From: Hydrolagus colliei
Lineage: Eukaryota
DNA length: 64,000 nt
Assembly (NCBI GenBank): GCA_035084275.1
Contig: JAYJKW010000425.1
Span: forward strand, 124,001 to 188,000
Reading direction: 5' to 3'
Made by a program: the position numbers and the translations under genes. Every line of letters starts with the position of its first letter. Position 1 is the first letter of the stretch. Shown piece after piece: positions 35,558 through 47,864 of the stretch. The notes beneath the pieces are model-generated. The model ran no database searches and was not told where the DNA came from. It saw nothing but the letters and a program-made list of their open reading frames with translations.

Positions 35558-38457
35558 TGAGACACAATGAGAGTGATATAGAGCGAGCGGGTACCCAGGC
35601 ACAGAAGGGGAGACAGAGTGAGAGAGGGTGAGTTACAGTGAGAGAGGTTGGGACAAAGCATGTGTGAGATTGAGTCATTGTAAGAGAATTCAGAGTATTA
35701 GTGTGAAACGGAGAGTGTGAAAGGGTGTGAGACAGACAGCATGAGAGTGAGATTTGAGAGAGAAAATGCAAGCAGGAATGTGTGTGTGAGTGAGAGACTG
35801 GGTGAATTATTGTGTATGAGAGAGTATGTGTGCGTGAGTGAGAGTGTATGTGAGAGTATGTGAATGAGCGTGTGTGAGAAAGTGTGAGTGAGAGAGTGTG
35901 TGAGAGGGTGGAATATGTCAGAATGCGTGATAGAGGTGTGAGAGTGAGTGTGTCTGAGATGGTATGTAAGAGAGGATGGTATGCAAGAGAGTGTGTGTGA
36001 GTGTGGTGTGTGTGAGAGAGTGATTTGTATGAGAGGGTGGTTTTTGTGAGAGGGTGTGCATGAGGATGTGGTGTGTGTGATAAGCTGTGTGTGAGAGTGT
36101 GGTGTGTATGAGAGTGTGGTGTGTTTAAGAGGTTATGTGTGAGAGGGTGGTGAGTGAGAGTGTACGTGAGAGGGTATGTGTTAGAGGATATGTGTGTGTG
36201 ATTGTGTAGTGTGTGAGAATGTGATGTTTGTGAGAGTGCATGTGACAGTGGTATGTGTGAGAGCGGTCTGAGAGTGAGAGTGTGACAATGTGGTAAGAGA
36301 ATCATAGAATCATAACTAGTCCTATATTGCCTCCCCTCATTTCTCCTCCCAACATGCATCACTTAACATTCCCCTACATTAATCTTCAACTACCATGTAT
36401 CTGCCCATTTTACCATTCGGTCGATAACCTCTTGAAGTTGACTTCTACACTCCTCACTATTTTTCCTAACTGTTTCATCAGCAAACTTCGAAATGGTTCT
36501 CCCTATATGCAAGTCCAGATCATTAATATAATTTTTAAAAATGCAGTGGCCCCAACACCGATCACTGGGGGATGCCACTGTAGACTTCCCTCCAGTCTGA
36601 CAAGCAGCCGTTCACCACAACCCTATGCTTTCTGTCTCCCAGCCAGTTCTGGATCCATGTGGCCACTGTCCCTTGTAGCCATGGGCCTTTAGTTTCCTTG
36701 TAAGCCTTTCATGTGGCACTTTGTCAAATGCCTTTTGAAAGTTCATATAGGCTACATGACTACTCTCATCCACCCATTCCGCTGCCTCATCAAAAAATTC
36801 GATCAGACATGTATGGCAAGGTTTTCCTTCAGCAAATCCATTTTGGCTGTCCACTATTAACCTATATATTTCTAAGCGAAGATCTCTCATGTCCCTGATT
36901 ATCGTCTCTTGAAGTTTCCACCCCACTGATGTTAGACTGGCCGGTATTTCCCAGGTTTGGCCTTGTACCCCTTCTTATACAGGGGAGTAACATTAGCAAC
37001 CTTCCAATCTTCTGGTACCTCGCCTGTGTCTAAGGAAGTTTGAAAGTATGTGTCCAGAGTCTCTGCTATTTGCTCCCGTACTTCCCTCAGTAGCCCAGTA
37101 TGCATCCCATCCGGACCGGGCTACTTATCTACCTTGAGCGGCGTCAATCTTTTTAGTATATCCTCTCTGTTTATACTTATACTATCCATTTCATCTACCC
37201 TCTCATCTAGTACTGGGGCAAAGGCTGCATCTTCTTCTGTTGTGAAGACAGAGGCAAAGTACTCAGTACATGTGCCATGTCGTCTGCCTCCACACTAAGA
37301 TGGTCTGCTTGGTCCCTATTTGGCCCCACCCTACCTTTCACTAACCTTTTATTCTTGATAAAAGCCTATAAAATGTATCAGTGTTCCCTTTAATGCTACC
37401 TGCTAATCGTTTCTCATGCAGTATTGTTGCCCCTCTAATTTCCCTTTTGAGTTCCCTCGTGCATTTCCTATATTCTGTTTGGTTGCCTTGCGTACTTTGG
37501 GCATGACATTTATATAAGCCTACTTTTTGTTATTCCGAATTACACTAGTTATCCAGGGAGGACTGGATGACCTACCTTTTCACTTCGTGGGAATGTATCT
37601 GTTCTGTGCCCGAAATATCTTCTGCTTTGAGGCTTCCCATTGCTCCTTAGCTGTTTTACCTGCCAATCATTCGTCTATCTTCTTCTACTGTTTGTTGGTC
37701 TATAAAGGAACAGTTACGCTGTTATGGGTATACACCCATAGCAGCGTAACTGTTCCTTTTGTGTTCCTTAACTCTAACCAGATAGATTCTGTTTTCAGGC
37801 CTTCTTGCACCTCGTTCCTTTGTAAGGCTGTAACCGTTTCCTTAATTCGTATCGTCACACGCCTTCCATTTTTTCAGAAAGTGGGTAAGAAAGTGTGCAA
37901 GAGTGTGTTGTAAGAGAGTGGTGTATGTTAAAGTGTAGTGTGTGAGCGAGTGTATGAGAGTACATACACCATGTATATGTGTGTGTCAGAGTGTATGTGA
38001 GGATGTGGTGTGTGTAAGAGAGTGGTGTGTGTGAGGGAGTCTGTGTGAGCGTATGGTGTGTGAGGGTGTGGTGTGAATTTGGTGTGCATGAGAGATAGGT
38101 ATTTAAGTGAGAGAGTGTGTGTAAGAGTGTGGTGTGTCAAATTGGTGTGAGAGAGTGGTGTGAGAGAATGTGTTTGAAGCGAAAGATTGTATACGTGAGT
38201 GATAGTGTATTTACGAGTGAGGAAGTCTGTGTGAGTGAGTGTGTGTGTACGAACTTGTGTGCGAGTGAGTATGTAAGAGTGTGTGAAAGTGAGAGATTGT
38301 GCGAGTGAGAGACAGAGAGATAAAGAGAGAGAGGATCATTCCTCAAAGACACTTACGTGTTCACATCCTTCTGCAGAACATTTTCATTGATGGCTGTGGC
38401 ATCTGAGATGATAGTGAAGATCAGTGTGATCAGGATGCAGGAGAGAACCTTCATCAT
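33976..38457 (-). CDS. Secreted AID/APOBEC-like deaminase (SNAD1 family-like); complement(join(33976..34846,38357..38457)), 323 aa
   Basis: Exon 1 is the signal peptide MMKVLSCILITLIFTIISDATA|INENVLQKDVN with donor AC|GTAAGT (phase 2). The exon 2 acceptor TTTTCACAG|G is in matching phase. Motifs QMGFLIVLTDEQC, CTEYRIL, GCLVFYITNTPCLTKC, FVYSKV and VYRC...C...C follow the SNAD1 pattern (recalled family knowledge, not searched). Total 972 nt. Confidence 0.85.
34865..35510 (-). mobile_element. L2-like 3' fragment in SNAD intron; its (TTG)n tail abuts the exon-2 acceptor region
   Basis: (CAA)n at 34868-34880 followed by reverse L2 3' motifs. Confidence 0.75.
35510..36295. repeat. Degenerate GA/GT low-complexity array
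   Basis: GAGAGTGTG-type periodicity. Confidence 0.8.
36295..37880 (-). mobile_element. CR1-like LINE with degraded RT
   Basis: SQNGFAEGKPC, YMNFQKAFDKVPHERL, ISKFADET, with a CATAGAAT tail at about 36300. Confidence 0.9.
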
Positions 38458-39720
38458 GTCTCCCTTCTCTGTGTGAGAAAGACGGAGAGAGGGTAAGGGG
38501 GAAAGAGAGCGTTAGGGAGACTGTGTGAGGGATTGTGTGTGAGGTGCAGTGAGAGAGCGTGTGAGAGACAGCGTGAGACTGAGAGAGCGTGTGAGAGTGA
38601 GAAAGTGAGACTGCATGTGAATGAGAGTGTGTGAGATACAGTGAGAGAGAGTGTGTGAGATACAGTGAGAGAGTGTGTGAAAGAGGGTGTGCGACTGAGT
38701 GAGAGTTTAAGAGACGGTGAGAGACTGCATGTGAGAGAGAGTATGTGTGATACAGGGAGAGAGAGAGAGAGAGAGAGAGAGAGTTTATGTGTGACTGAGA
38801 GAGTGTGTGCGACTGAGAGAGAGTGTGACAGACAGTGAGACTGCGTGTGAGAAAGTGAGAGACAGTGTATGGAGACCGAGAGAGCGTGTGAGAGTGATTG
38901 TATGAGAGACTGCGTGTGAAAGAGCATAGGTGAGATTCAGTGAGAGAGAATGTGAGAGTGCGCGAATGAAAGAGATTGTGAGAGATGTATGAAGAAGGAG
39001 AGAGAGTTTGAGAGAGTGTATGAAGGAGTGTGTGAGAGTGTGTGAGCGAGAGTGTGTGAGATTGAGTTTGTGAGAGTGTGAAGAAGACTGTTAGAGAGTG
39101 TGTTTGAAGAAGACTGTGAGAGAAATTGTGAGAGCATATGCGAGAGTGAGAGAATGAGAGAGTGCGTTAGAATGAGTGGGAGGGAGAGCATGTATGAGAG
39201 TGTATGTGGGAGAGTGTGTGGGACAAATTGCGTGTGAGACAAAGTGTGTGAGAGAGAGGCAGAGAGAGAGTTTGTGTGAGTATGTGTGAGAGTGTGTGAG
39301 AGAGTGGTTGGAAGAGATTGTGAGAGAGTGTGCGGAAGAGATTGGGAGAGAGTGTGCGACTGAGAGAGATTCTGTGTGACAGACAGTGAGAGAGATAGTG
39401 AGAGAGTGTGTGAAAGACTGAGAGCCTGACAGAGTATGTGTGTGAATGAGACTGAGAGAGAGTGGGAGAGAGAGTATGTGCGAGAGTGTGTGTGGGAGAG
39501 AATGCAAGTGTGGGAGAGAGTGGGAGAGGGTGTGAGAGATAGTGTGTTGGAGAGTGGGAGAGAGATTAAAAGAGAGAGAGAGTGAGAGGGAAAGTGTGTG
39601 AGAGCAAATATGTAACAATGTGTGGGATGTAGTGAATGTAATCCTCTCTCTCTCCCTCTCTCTTCCCCTCATCATGAAATCTGAGGCTAGTTTCCACACA
39701 CACACACACACGCACACACA
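37890..39720. repeat. Degenerate GA/GT arrays flanking SNAD exon 1 on both sides
   Basis: Low complexity at 37890-38330 and 38480-39720. Confidence 0.8.
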
Positions 39721-40538
39721 CACTCACATACAGACACACATACATACCCACAGACACACATATGCCTCTGTTTACCAGCAGTCAGTGGGAACCCGCTTGT
39801 CAGTCGATTGGCGAATCACTTATTACTATTATTAATATAGTATTCATGATGATTAAAACGGTTTATTTATGAGAATTTTAAATAAATATTACTACTCATG
39901 ATATATATTAATTCTTGATAAGTATTCTGACTCACCAGTTACCGATGTAATGGGCAGAATGATCTGAGTCTTGATCGGGCACTGGTATCTTTGTGAGTGT
40001 CTCTGTTTGTCTCTTTCTGTGTCCGTGTCTGTCTCTGTGATTGTCTGCGTCTGCGTGTCTCTGTCGTTCAGTATTTATAACTCTCTCTCTCCCTCTCTGT
40101 TTAAACTCTCTCTGCTGAAGAGTCCTGCTGAATCTCCCCGTTTGTCACTTTCACAATATTGTGGTCTGTGTCACAAGTATGTCCTAACGACCCCCATGAT
40201 CCCCAACATCTCCTTAAGCCCTCCCCTCTCACCCCCTCCATCAGAGTTAGAGACTCAGTAAAGCTACACCGTGCACATCCAGACTCCCAGGTCAGGTCGT
40301 ATATGCGAAGAGAAGGTAAGAGTATAAATTTTAACAACATCTCTGCACCCAATAAGACAACAAAATTGTACACGTGAAACGCTCGAAAAGGAATGAGAGT
40401 TGAACAGCCAGGTCTGACATGGCAACAGAGTTTTGGATGTAAGCTTCAGAATGTGTGCCACAAATCAAATCAAATTCAAACTATTGCCTAATCAGTTGCG
40501 TTTTGGGACACAATTTTCTCATTGTGGCATCAGTGAAC

Positions 40539-41434
40539 TTATAAGGGATATTTAGCTGCTTTGTTTGAATTCCTCGCTGAATTTCGCCTGGTTCACAGCA
40601 TAAATGTGACCCATAAATGTGTATTAGTGCAGCAACTGAGATTCGAAAGCATGCATCCGGTTTCATAAAGTACATAGACTGGATCATTGTAGCCCGAGTC
40701 AGAAAAATACTTTGCAACTTGGCTGTATAGGTAATATATAATATAAGTCATCCACAAAAGTATAAAACTACCGGATATAGCGAAGAGAATTGCGATAGAT
40801 TTTCTCCTGTTCACCATCTCTGTGTCGTTAGTATTTTCAGGGTTGTTGTTGGCGAGCAGACACCTGCGGACTCTGTTTGCTGCTAAAATATGTCTGACGG
40901 TCAGAGTGTTCAACAGCAAAATCAGAACGAAGGCAATGCACGGAGTTAGTATGGTGTAAGACCAGGAATAAACTTCCCACGCAAGTGATTCATAGAAACT
41001 TTCCTTCATCTTACAGAACCATGGTAACGTATTAATTATATACCAAGGCATAAGTGAAATACCAAGGAATGTTTTTGAAGCAGCTCAGAGAGCAAATTAT
41101 TCCTATCACAACAGCCGCTGTTCTCGCAGTGCAATATGTTACTTTCAGCCTCTGACAGCAAATGGCAACAAAGCGATCAAATGTGAACGCCAATGTGAGC
41201 CACACAGAGCAGTCAGTTGCAGCACAAAGCAAACTTTGTGCTGACCTGACTCCAGCGAACACGCTGGAGTCAAGTCAAAGAAACAATTTGGGAAATAAAG
41301 ATAATTTAGTCGAGTCAATATCACGTCGCTGATAATAACGAGACAATCGGCAGATGACATGGAAACCAGATATCGAGTAATGCATCTGGAGAGACATTTT
41401 CCACTGCATAGGATCACAATCGCTCTTATGTTAA
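40539..41434 (-). pseudogene. GPR139-like class A GPCR pseudogene (exon 2)
   Basis: Acceptor CCATACAG at 41435. VNIRAIVILCSGKCLSRC..., AFTFDRFVAICC, NRRKSIAILFAIS, LSCCTN. At least four frameshifting lesions (near 41245, 41050, 40605 and 40560). Confidence 0.9.
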
Positions 41435-43727
41435 CTGTATGGAAATAAGTAGGATGGAAGCTAGTTAGTGTCTAGTTTTGCACAAAAGCAAGAAACCAAC
41501 ACAAATATATACTAAATTTAAAAAAAAAATGATATGAATAATCCAAAGATTCACTTTGAATGCTGGAATAGATCACTTGGAGCAAATCTAATATACTTGG
41601 TAACACCTTTCCTTAGATGTATTATCGATAAAATATTAACAACATCATACATCACCTCTAGAAATAAAATCCCAGTTACTGTTCCTACAAAATAAATGTG
41701 CTGTGGGAGAAACTCAATTTAACTGATTTTCATTTGTAAGTATCGCAAGTTAAAAAGCATCCTTCTTCTCTGAGATCTCACTCTTGTCCCTCACCGAATC
41801 ACAGTGTTACGTGAATGCTGTAGTTGTTGAATAGCAGTGCTTCATAGATTCATAGATTCATAGAATTTTACGGCATAAAAGGAAGCCATTCGGCCCATCT
41901 AGCCTGTGCCGGCTCTTTGAAAAGAGCGATTCAATCCCACTGCCCTACCCGCTCCCCATAGCCTAATAATTTCAGATGAAATATTAAACTCAGGTTCTGT
42001 CTGCTTGTTTATTTTAAAAACAACGCTGCATTTTTCAGGGAAAGAATGGGATTAATCCCGTTGTCTCAGCCACCGTTCCACCGACTAAACTTGATTAATT
42101 CTTCGCCAGCTACCACACACATTTACAAAATACGGTGTCAAGTGATCTTTCTGTATATCTTGCGAATGTCTTCGAGAATTCTTCCTGAATGAAAAGATGA
42201 GTTATCAAACACATTCACTATTTTCGTACTTAAAAATTATGTATGCGCAAATGAGATGAAATGCACCAAGTGTGTGCTGCAGAATCGCAGAAACTGTGCA
42301 GTTCATTATGTCAAAGTATGTTCGTCAGCTAATTTTACGTATTGTTCACTGATTTTTCGCGTGCACTTAAATAAGATTGATTTTCACCCATTTGAATGTT
42401 TTTAGCTACTGTACGGTTTTTACTCTTACTACCAATTGTATTCCCCTGACGATGTTCCACTGAAAATAGCACGTAGTTAATACTGCTTGTTGGATAGAAT
42501 ATAAAGATGCACTTTCTTTCTCATGCATAGTAATGTTGCGACTAATGCAATCGCGTCTGAATCATGGAAAACACCAAACAACACATACACAAATATCTAT
42601 GATTTAATTCTAGAGGTGCAGCAATATATCCAGCATAGGAATAGAGGAATGATGGGGTATAGCGATAAGGCAGGGGAGCAGTAAGATAGCACAACTTGCT
42701 GAGAGCTGATACAAACTAGAGCCAAAGTGGTTCCTACTCTGCTGTTCATTTTTTTGATTCATTTGAAGTCAAGTAAGAAATAACCAAAGAAGGAAAACAT
42801 ATTCTATTGAGTTTCAGAATTTACCAGATTATTGAACTTAGTCTTAGGTTAGAATCCGGTCAGCTGTTAGCTTCGATGTGCATTCAATATATATACCAAC
42901 CATTTATGATATAAGATTTCCGCAAGTTACTCCTACTCTGAAATCCTAAGAAAATTGAATGTGTTTAAAGTCAAATACATTTCACCCTCTCGATGTACGA
43001 CTATAACAGATATGTTCAAGAGAAAGAGGGAGAGACACACACATGCAAACACATCCACACAAATTGTATACCGAGGAAAACATTTAACCCCAAAATATTT
43101 TACTCATTTGCGGCTGATAAGCATTTCACAGCCAAGTGTATACAATGTAAGGCAGTATATTGGAATTGCATGGCAGCATTATCCTTTGTGGAAAGCGTTA
43201 TCACCTTTAACGGGTTAAACTACAGCAGTGACATCAGCGCCCTGTACACACTGTGGTCACAAAAGCCTTTGTCTCGCCCAAGCTGTGACCAATGCTGTAG
43301 GTAATGGTTTCAATGCTGGTGAGTGTCCTCTGTGTAGACAATGTACACACACCCTCCAGGCTGGGGAATACTGTGTGTAGGTGGGGGGGACACACTCACA
43401 TGTGTATCTCTCTGATGGTTTAGATACTTTAACAACAACACGTTGCACTGACACACGGTGGCGTGTGTGGAGTTGTGGGCCTGGGTTTCATCATGGAATG
43501 GACACCGAGCCGCTCCCACATTACATCATTTCGGTGAATTGCGTAACTCAGGGCAGATAATGTTTTGTTTGCACACGGCATAAACTGATCCAGGATCGTT
43601 CGGTAAAATTGCTCAAAGGAGCGTTCCCTATTTCATTTAAATAAGACCCGGTTTTATGCTATTGAGAACCATTGTTTTTTTCGTGAGCTGCCTTTTGTAG
43701 GAGAGGATTCATTTTGTCACCGTAAAC

Positions 43728-43797
43728 ATGCACTATTCGATAATTGGAAGAATAGAAATAATTTACTACCCGATTCTCGCTGCTGTTGGAATTCCTG
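43728..43797 (+). CDS. GPR139-like GPCR coding exon 1 (MHYSIIGRIEIIYYPILAAVGIP)
   Basis: YYPxLAAVGIP TM1 start. Phase-1 donor is the non-canonical G|GCAAGT. Upstream acceptor TTTTGTAG at 43700. Confidence 0.75.
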
Positions 43798-45503
43798 GCA
43801 AGTGATGTATCCAATTCACTATTTAGGTTATTTGCAGTACAATTAGTAGCCTGACTCAATTTAGCAATCTCACCTTTCAATCTGCAAATGGTGGTTTATG
43901 TAATCCTTGAATTTTCCTGGTTTTTCCCTTGAAAACTCCCTGTTGCCTTATTTCGGGATACTGACCATTGACGCTCAAATAGATTGTGAGGACGTGATTT
44001 CTTAATTGAGTACGGTAGCGAGAATAGAACCTCAGTAACAAATCCACAGTCTGTCTGCTTATGTATCAGTGATTTTACGGCGTCGAAGAGAGAAAGAAAG
44101 AAAATAGATCATGTGAACCCGATGTCATTTTTATAATGTAATTTTTCTGATGAGGCAATATAATAATTATTTGGCCATTTAGTAACGGTAGCGAACGGTG
44201 GTTCGCTATTGTGAACATCTCACTCCCGATTTTCCACACAAAATAAAATCAACTGTCTTTGCAGTATATTCCGTGAAGCTATTTCAGAAGAAATTAACAT
44301 ATCATAATATATTATATCAAATACAAGTTTCCAGACTAATCTCTATTGTTCGCAGTTTACCGGCTGAATCAGGGAGGTGTGTGCTTTGTTTCCAGATTCG
44401 CACTTTCGACTACATCAACAACCAAACAATCACTAAAGCGCTTTTCACACAGCGGAGCGTTTGAATATTTACATATAATGCTGGATGAATCGAAGAGGAT
44501 CAATCTCTCTTCTCTTGTTTGCTGCGTTCAGACAGTTCTTTAATTTGAACATATAAATCTAATCAAATTCAATCGAATATGTCCAATCGACTCCTCTAAC
44601 CAAAAGTACCGTTTACAAAGGCATTTTACATTAGCATGTTATACAAACAAACCGATATTGGTTGGAGATTATGGACCCAATAGCTACGATACATACATTT
44701 AATCCAGCGCCATCTGTGGTCGTTTAAAGCTCTCAAAGAATCAGACAGGATTAATGCAAATACTGTATTGTATTCAAATGCAGCAGTGCAGTCAGTGGAG
44801 TCACGTGGATATATTCGATTGTATCTGATGACTTTTTATATTCAAATTAAAGAAAGATCTGAACTCGGTAAATGGTAGAGAAAAGATTGGTTGATCCTCT
44901 GTGCAAACCCAGCGTTGTGTGTAAGCACACAGTGAGGTGAGTGACCGGTGTTGTCTCAGAAAGTTTGGAACAGCGCACGGCGACGTAGTAGCTCCGTTAT
45001 GAGGTGTCTTGAAAAATAGACAATTTGCTGTATCAATCGCTAGGATTGTTTCTTTTATAGCGTTTCTAAATGACCTTCATGTTTCTCGGCGTATCTGAGT
45101 TTGTGCGTATCTCTATTAATGTGACTACTTGCGTATTTGAGCATTTCATTTTCTAAATGTGGCTGTATCTCTGCCAGCACATTTCCCTTTCTATCTGTTG
45201 GTATGTGTCTATTGTGATGCGTGTTTATCCGTGAACAGGAGCGAATATTTCATTCGTTGTCTGTGTTCGTATGCCGTTCGCTTACTGTGTCATTTCTTCT
45301 TTATCTCTCTGAGTGTATATTTGCGTCACCGACAGTGCTCTCTCTCTGTGCCTCCACCCATCTCACGCTATCGCTCAGCCTCTATTTCTTATTATGCATC
45401 CACCCGCCCACCACAAATTCTATCTGTCAGTTTTCCGTGGGCAGTAAGGTGGTAGAGAGTGAGTCAGTTTCATTCTAATATACACTAATTAATCTCTGAT
45501 CTG

Positions 45504-45543
<40 letters not shown>

Positions 45544-45605
45544 GTCTCTCTCTCCATCTCTATCTCTCTCTCTCTCTTTCTCGCTCTATCTCCCTCTCTC
45601 TGTAG

Positions 45606-46360
45606 TCAAACTATTGGCGATTCTGATAATTGCTGCAGGGAAGTGCGGTCTCTCCAAGTGCATCTCCACGTATCTGTTGGCCAAGTCAGTGACTGATCTG
45701 ACGGTGGTTATTTTCACGGTGATTGTTTTTACATTGTTCCTATTTGCTTCAGATTTCCTTTCATGCAAATCAACCGCATTGCGGGTGCTTTTTATACTGG
45801 AATATATAACAAGGGAAACCTCGGTCTGGATCACTATGGCTTTCACTTTTGATCGATATGTCGCCATCGCATAAACTCAAGGCGAAATATTGCACCGAAA
45901 AAACAGCTGCTGCAGTGATAGCGGGGTTGAGTGTTTTCGTCACTGTGAAAAACATTCCATGCTATTTTGTGTATGAACCCAAGGCCATAGTTGACCAGAC
46001 ACTGTGGTGATGCAAAGTGATGCCAAGCTATCACACTTCACTGCCGTGGATAGAGTATGCTTGGCTCGTCGTTATTTCTAAACCCTTTTCTCCCATATAT
46101 TCTGATTTTACTGCTGAACGCCCTGACTGTCAGCCATATACAGATGGCCAGTCTAGCCCGCATTAGATTGCGGGGACACAGCGATGGGGACAGGAATAGA
46201 GGTGAGGGAGACAGTGATCCAGCGATGAACAACAGGAGGAAATCCATCATTTACTCTTTCTGCCAATTTTATAACATTATGAATGACACGCATTCTGTAT
46301 TTCGTACATTGCAAGATTACAAACGACTATATGTTCTTGGGATAATGATCCTAAGTGTAT
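45606..46360 (+). pseudogene. GPR139-like exon 2, disrupted copy
   Basis: (CT)n-CTGTAG acceptor. GKCGLSKCISTYL, AFTFDRYVAI, KYCTEKTAAA. Frameshift near 45870, TGA near 46008, further shifts afterwards. Confidence 0.9.
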
Positions 46361-47811
46361 TAAGACTTCATGTTGCAGCAGTTGAGATCCGGCATAAACA
46401 CAGGGGACAGGTTAGAAAGATAGGCCTGGCAAGCACTTGAGTGGCCCATCTTGACTTATCTATGTTTTCAAATTACCGTCTGTAGGCAGTGAAACGGGAA
46501 CCTGTGATCATTTACTGACTTAGTGAAATATTGGGCAAGTTTACTTTCTCAGAATGCCTCTGTTGATTTACCGATAAGTAGAAATCCGGTTGTTCATTAA
46601 TGGACGGTGTTATCAAAGTTGCAGTAATTCCTTCACAAACAAAATCAACTGGTCACTAAATCCAGAACTGTTTGTGTGATACGTCTGCTCTGGATTGGCT
46701 GCACAGAGAGGGAGAAACTGCGTTTGACTGTATACTGGATAAAAGGGAACACAATGATTGACTCAAGCACACCTTGTTTCCCTTTGAATCCAATAAAATG
46801 TTACCAAATTTCACAAGTATCTCAAATTCCATAAATATATGAAAATTCAGAGGCAAGCGTGACAGTATCCATGGAATCTCCTTGGAGATGAACTGTCTCC
46901 AATATCAGTTGTCATCGGACTGTCAGAAACGAGATCATTCACAGAGTGATTCCAGTCTGTTCCATTTCACTCTGCAAGTCAAAGCTCTGATGGTCGGGGT
47001 GCTTCTGGTGAAGCTGCAGGAATGTTTGTTTGAAGGCAATATGAAGGCATGATACGTGGTTTTAGGTAAAAAGCCTCCAGCTTCAACCCCAAACGAAACA
47101 TGTGGGGTCGCCACGCGCCTGCCAATCTGCAAATAATATTTTTCGGAATTAGCTTACGTTTCCATCCCCAAACCATGGCTATAGAATAATAGAACCATAG
47201 AATTTTACGAGACAAAGGGAGGCCATTCGGCCCGCCTAGTCTGCGCCGGCTCTTTGGAAAAGGCAACTCAATTCCACTCCCCAGCTTTCTTCCCATCACC
47301 TATCAGACTTATTCTCACAAAATTAAGTTTTGTGAGAATTCCATTTTAAAAGCTGTTATCGAATCGGCCTCCAACACCTTTTCAGGCAATGCATTCCAGA
47401 TTCGAACAACTCGCTGAGTGAAAACATTTCTCCTCAGATCCCCTCTGCTTCATTTTTAAACTATTTGTTTTCGAGTCACAGATTCGCCTGTCGGTGGAAA
47501 CAGCGGAAATAAGTTATTATTGTTAAGTTTCTGAGGGATTATTACGAGGCATGTGTATTAAGGAAAGTTGACGAATCCTTTACCGAGACCAGCCCCTGTA
47601 ATTGAATCGCAGTTGCCAGATTATTGGTCACAAGTCAACTAATTGTAGGAATGAATCAATCTAATTGGTAATTTCCCTTTCTCTCTCTGTCTCTTTGACT
47701 CTCTGTCCGTCTGTCTCTCTGTCCGTCTGTCTCTCTGTCCCTCTCTCCGTCTGTCCGTCTGTCTGTGTGTCTGTCTGTCCGTCTGTGTGTCTGTGTGTCT
47801 CTCTCTTTCCT

Positions 47812-47859
<48 letters not shown>

Positions 47860-47864
47860 TGTAG

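Noticed and set aside
3672-38457. SNAD-like deaminase diversifying the neighbouring V gene as AID does
   Set aside because: The protein has a signal peptide, so is predicted to be secreted rather than nuclear, and no sequence evidence links the two.
46656-46900. Kinase-like GNILLDSKGN on the minus strand
   Set aside because: No HRD or DFG motif or other subdomain nearby; probably chance.
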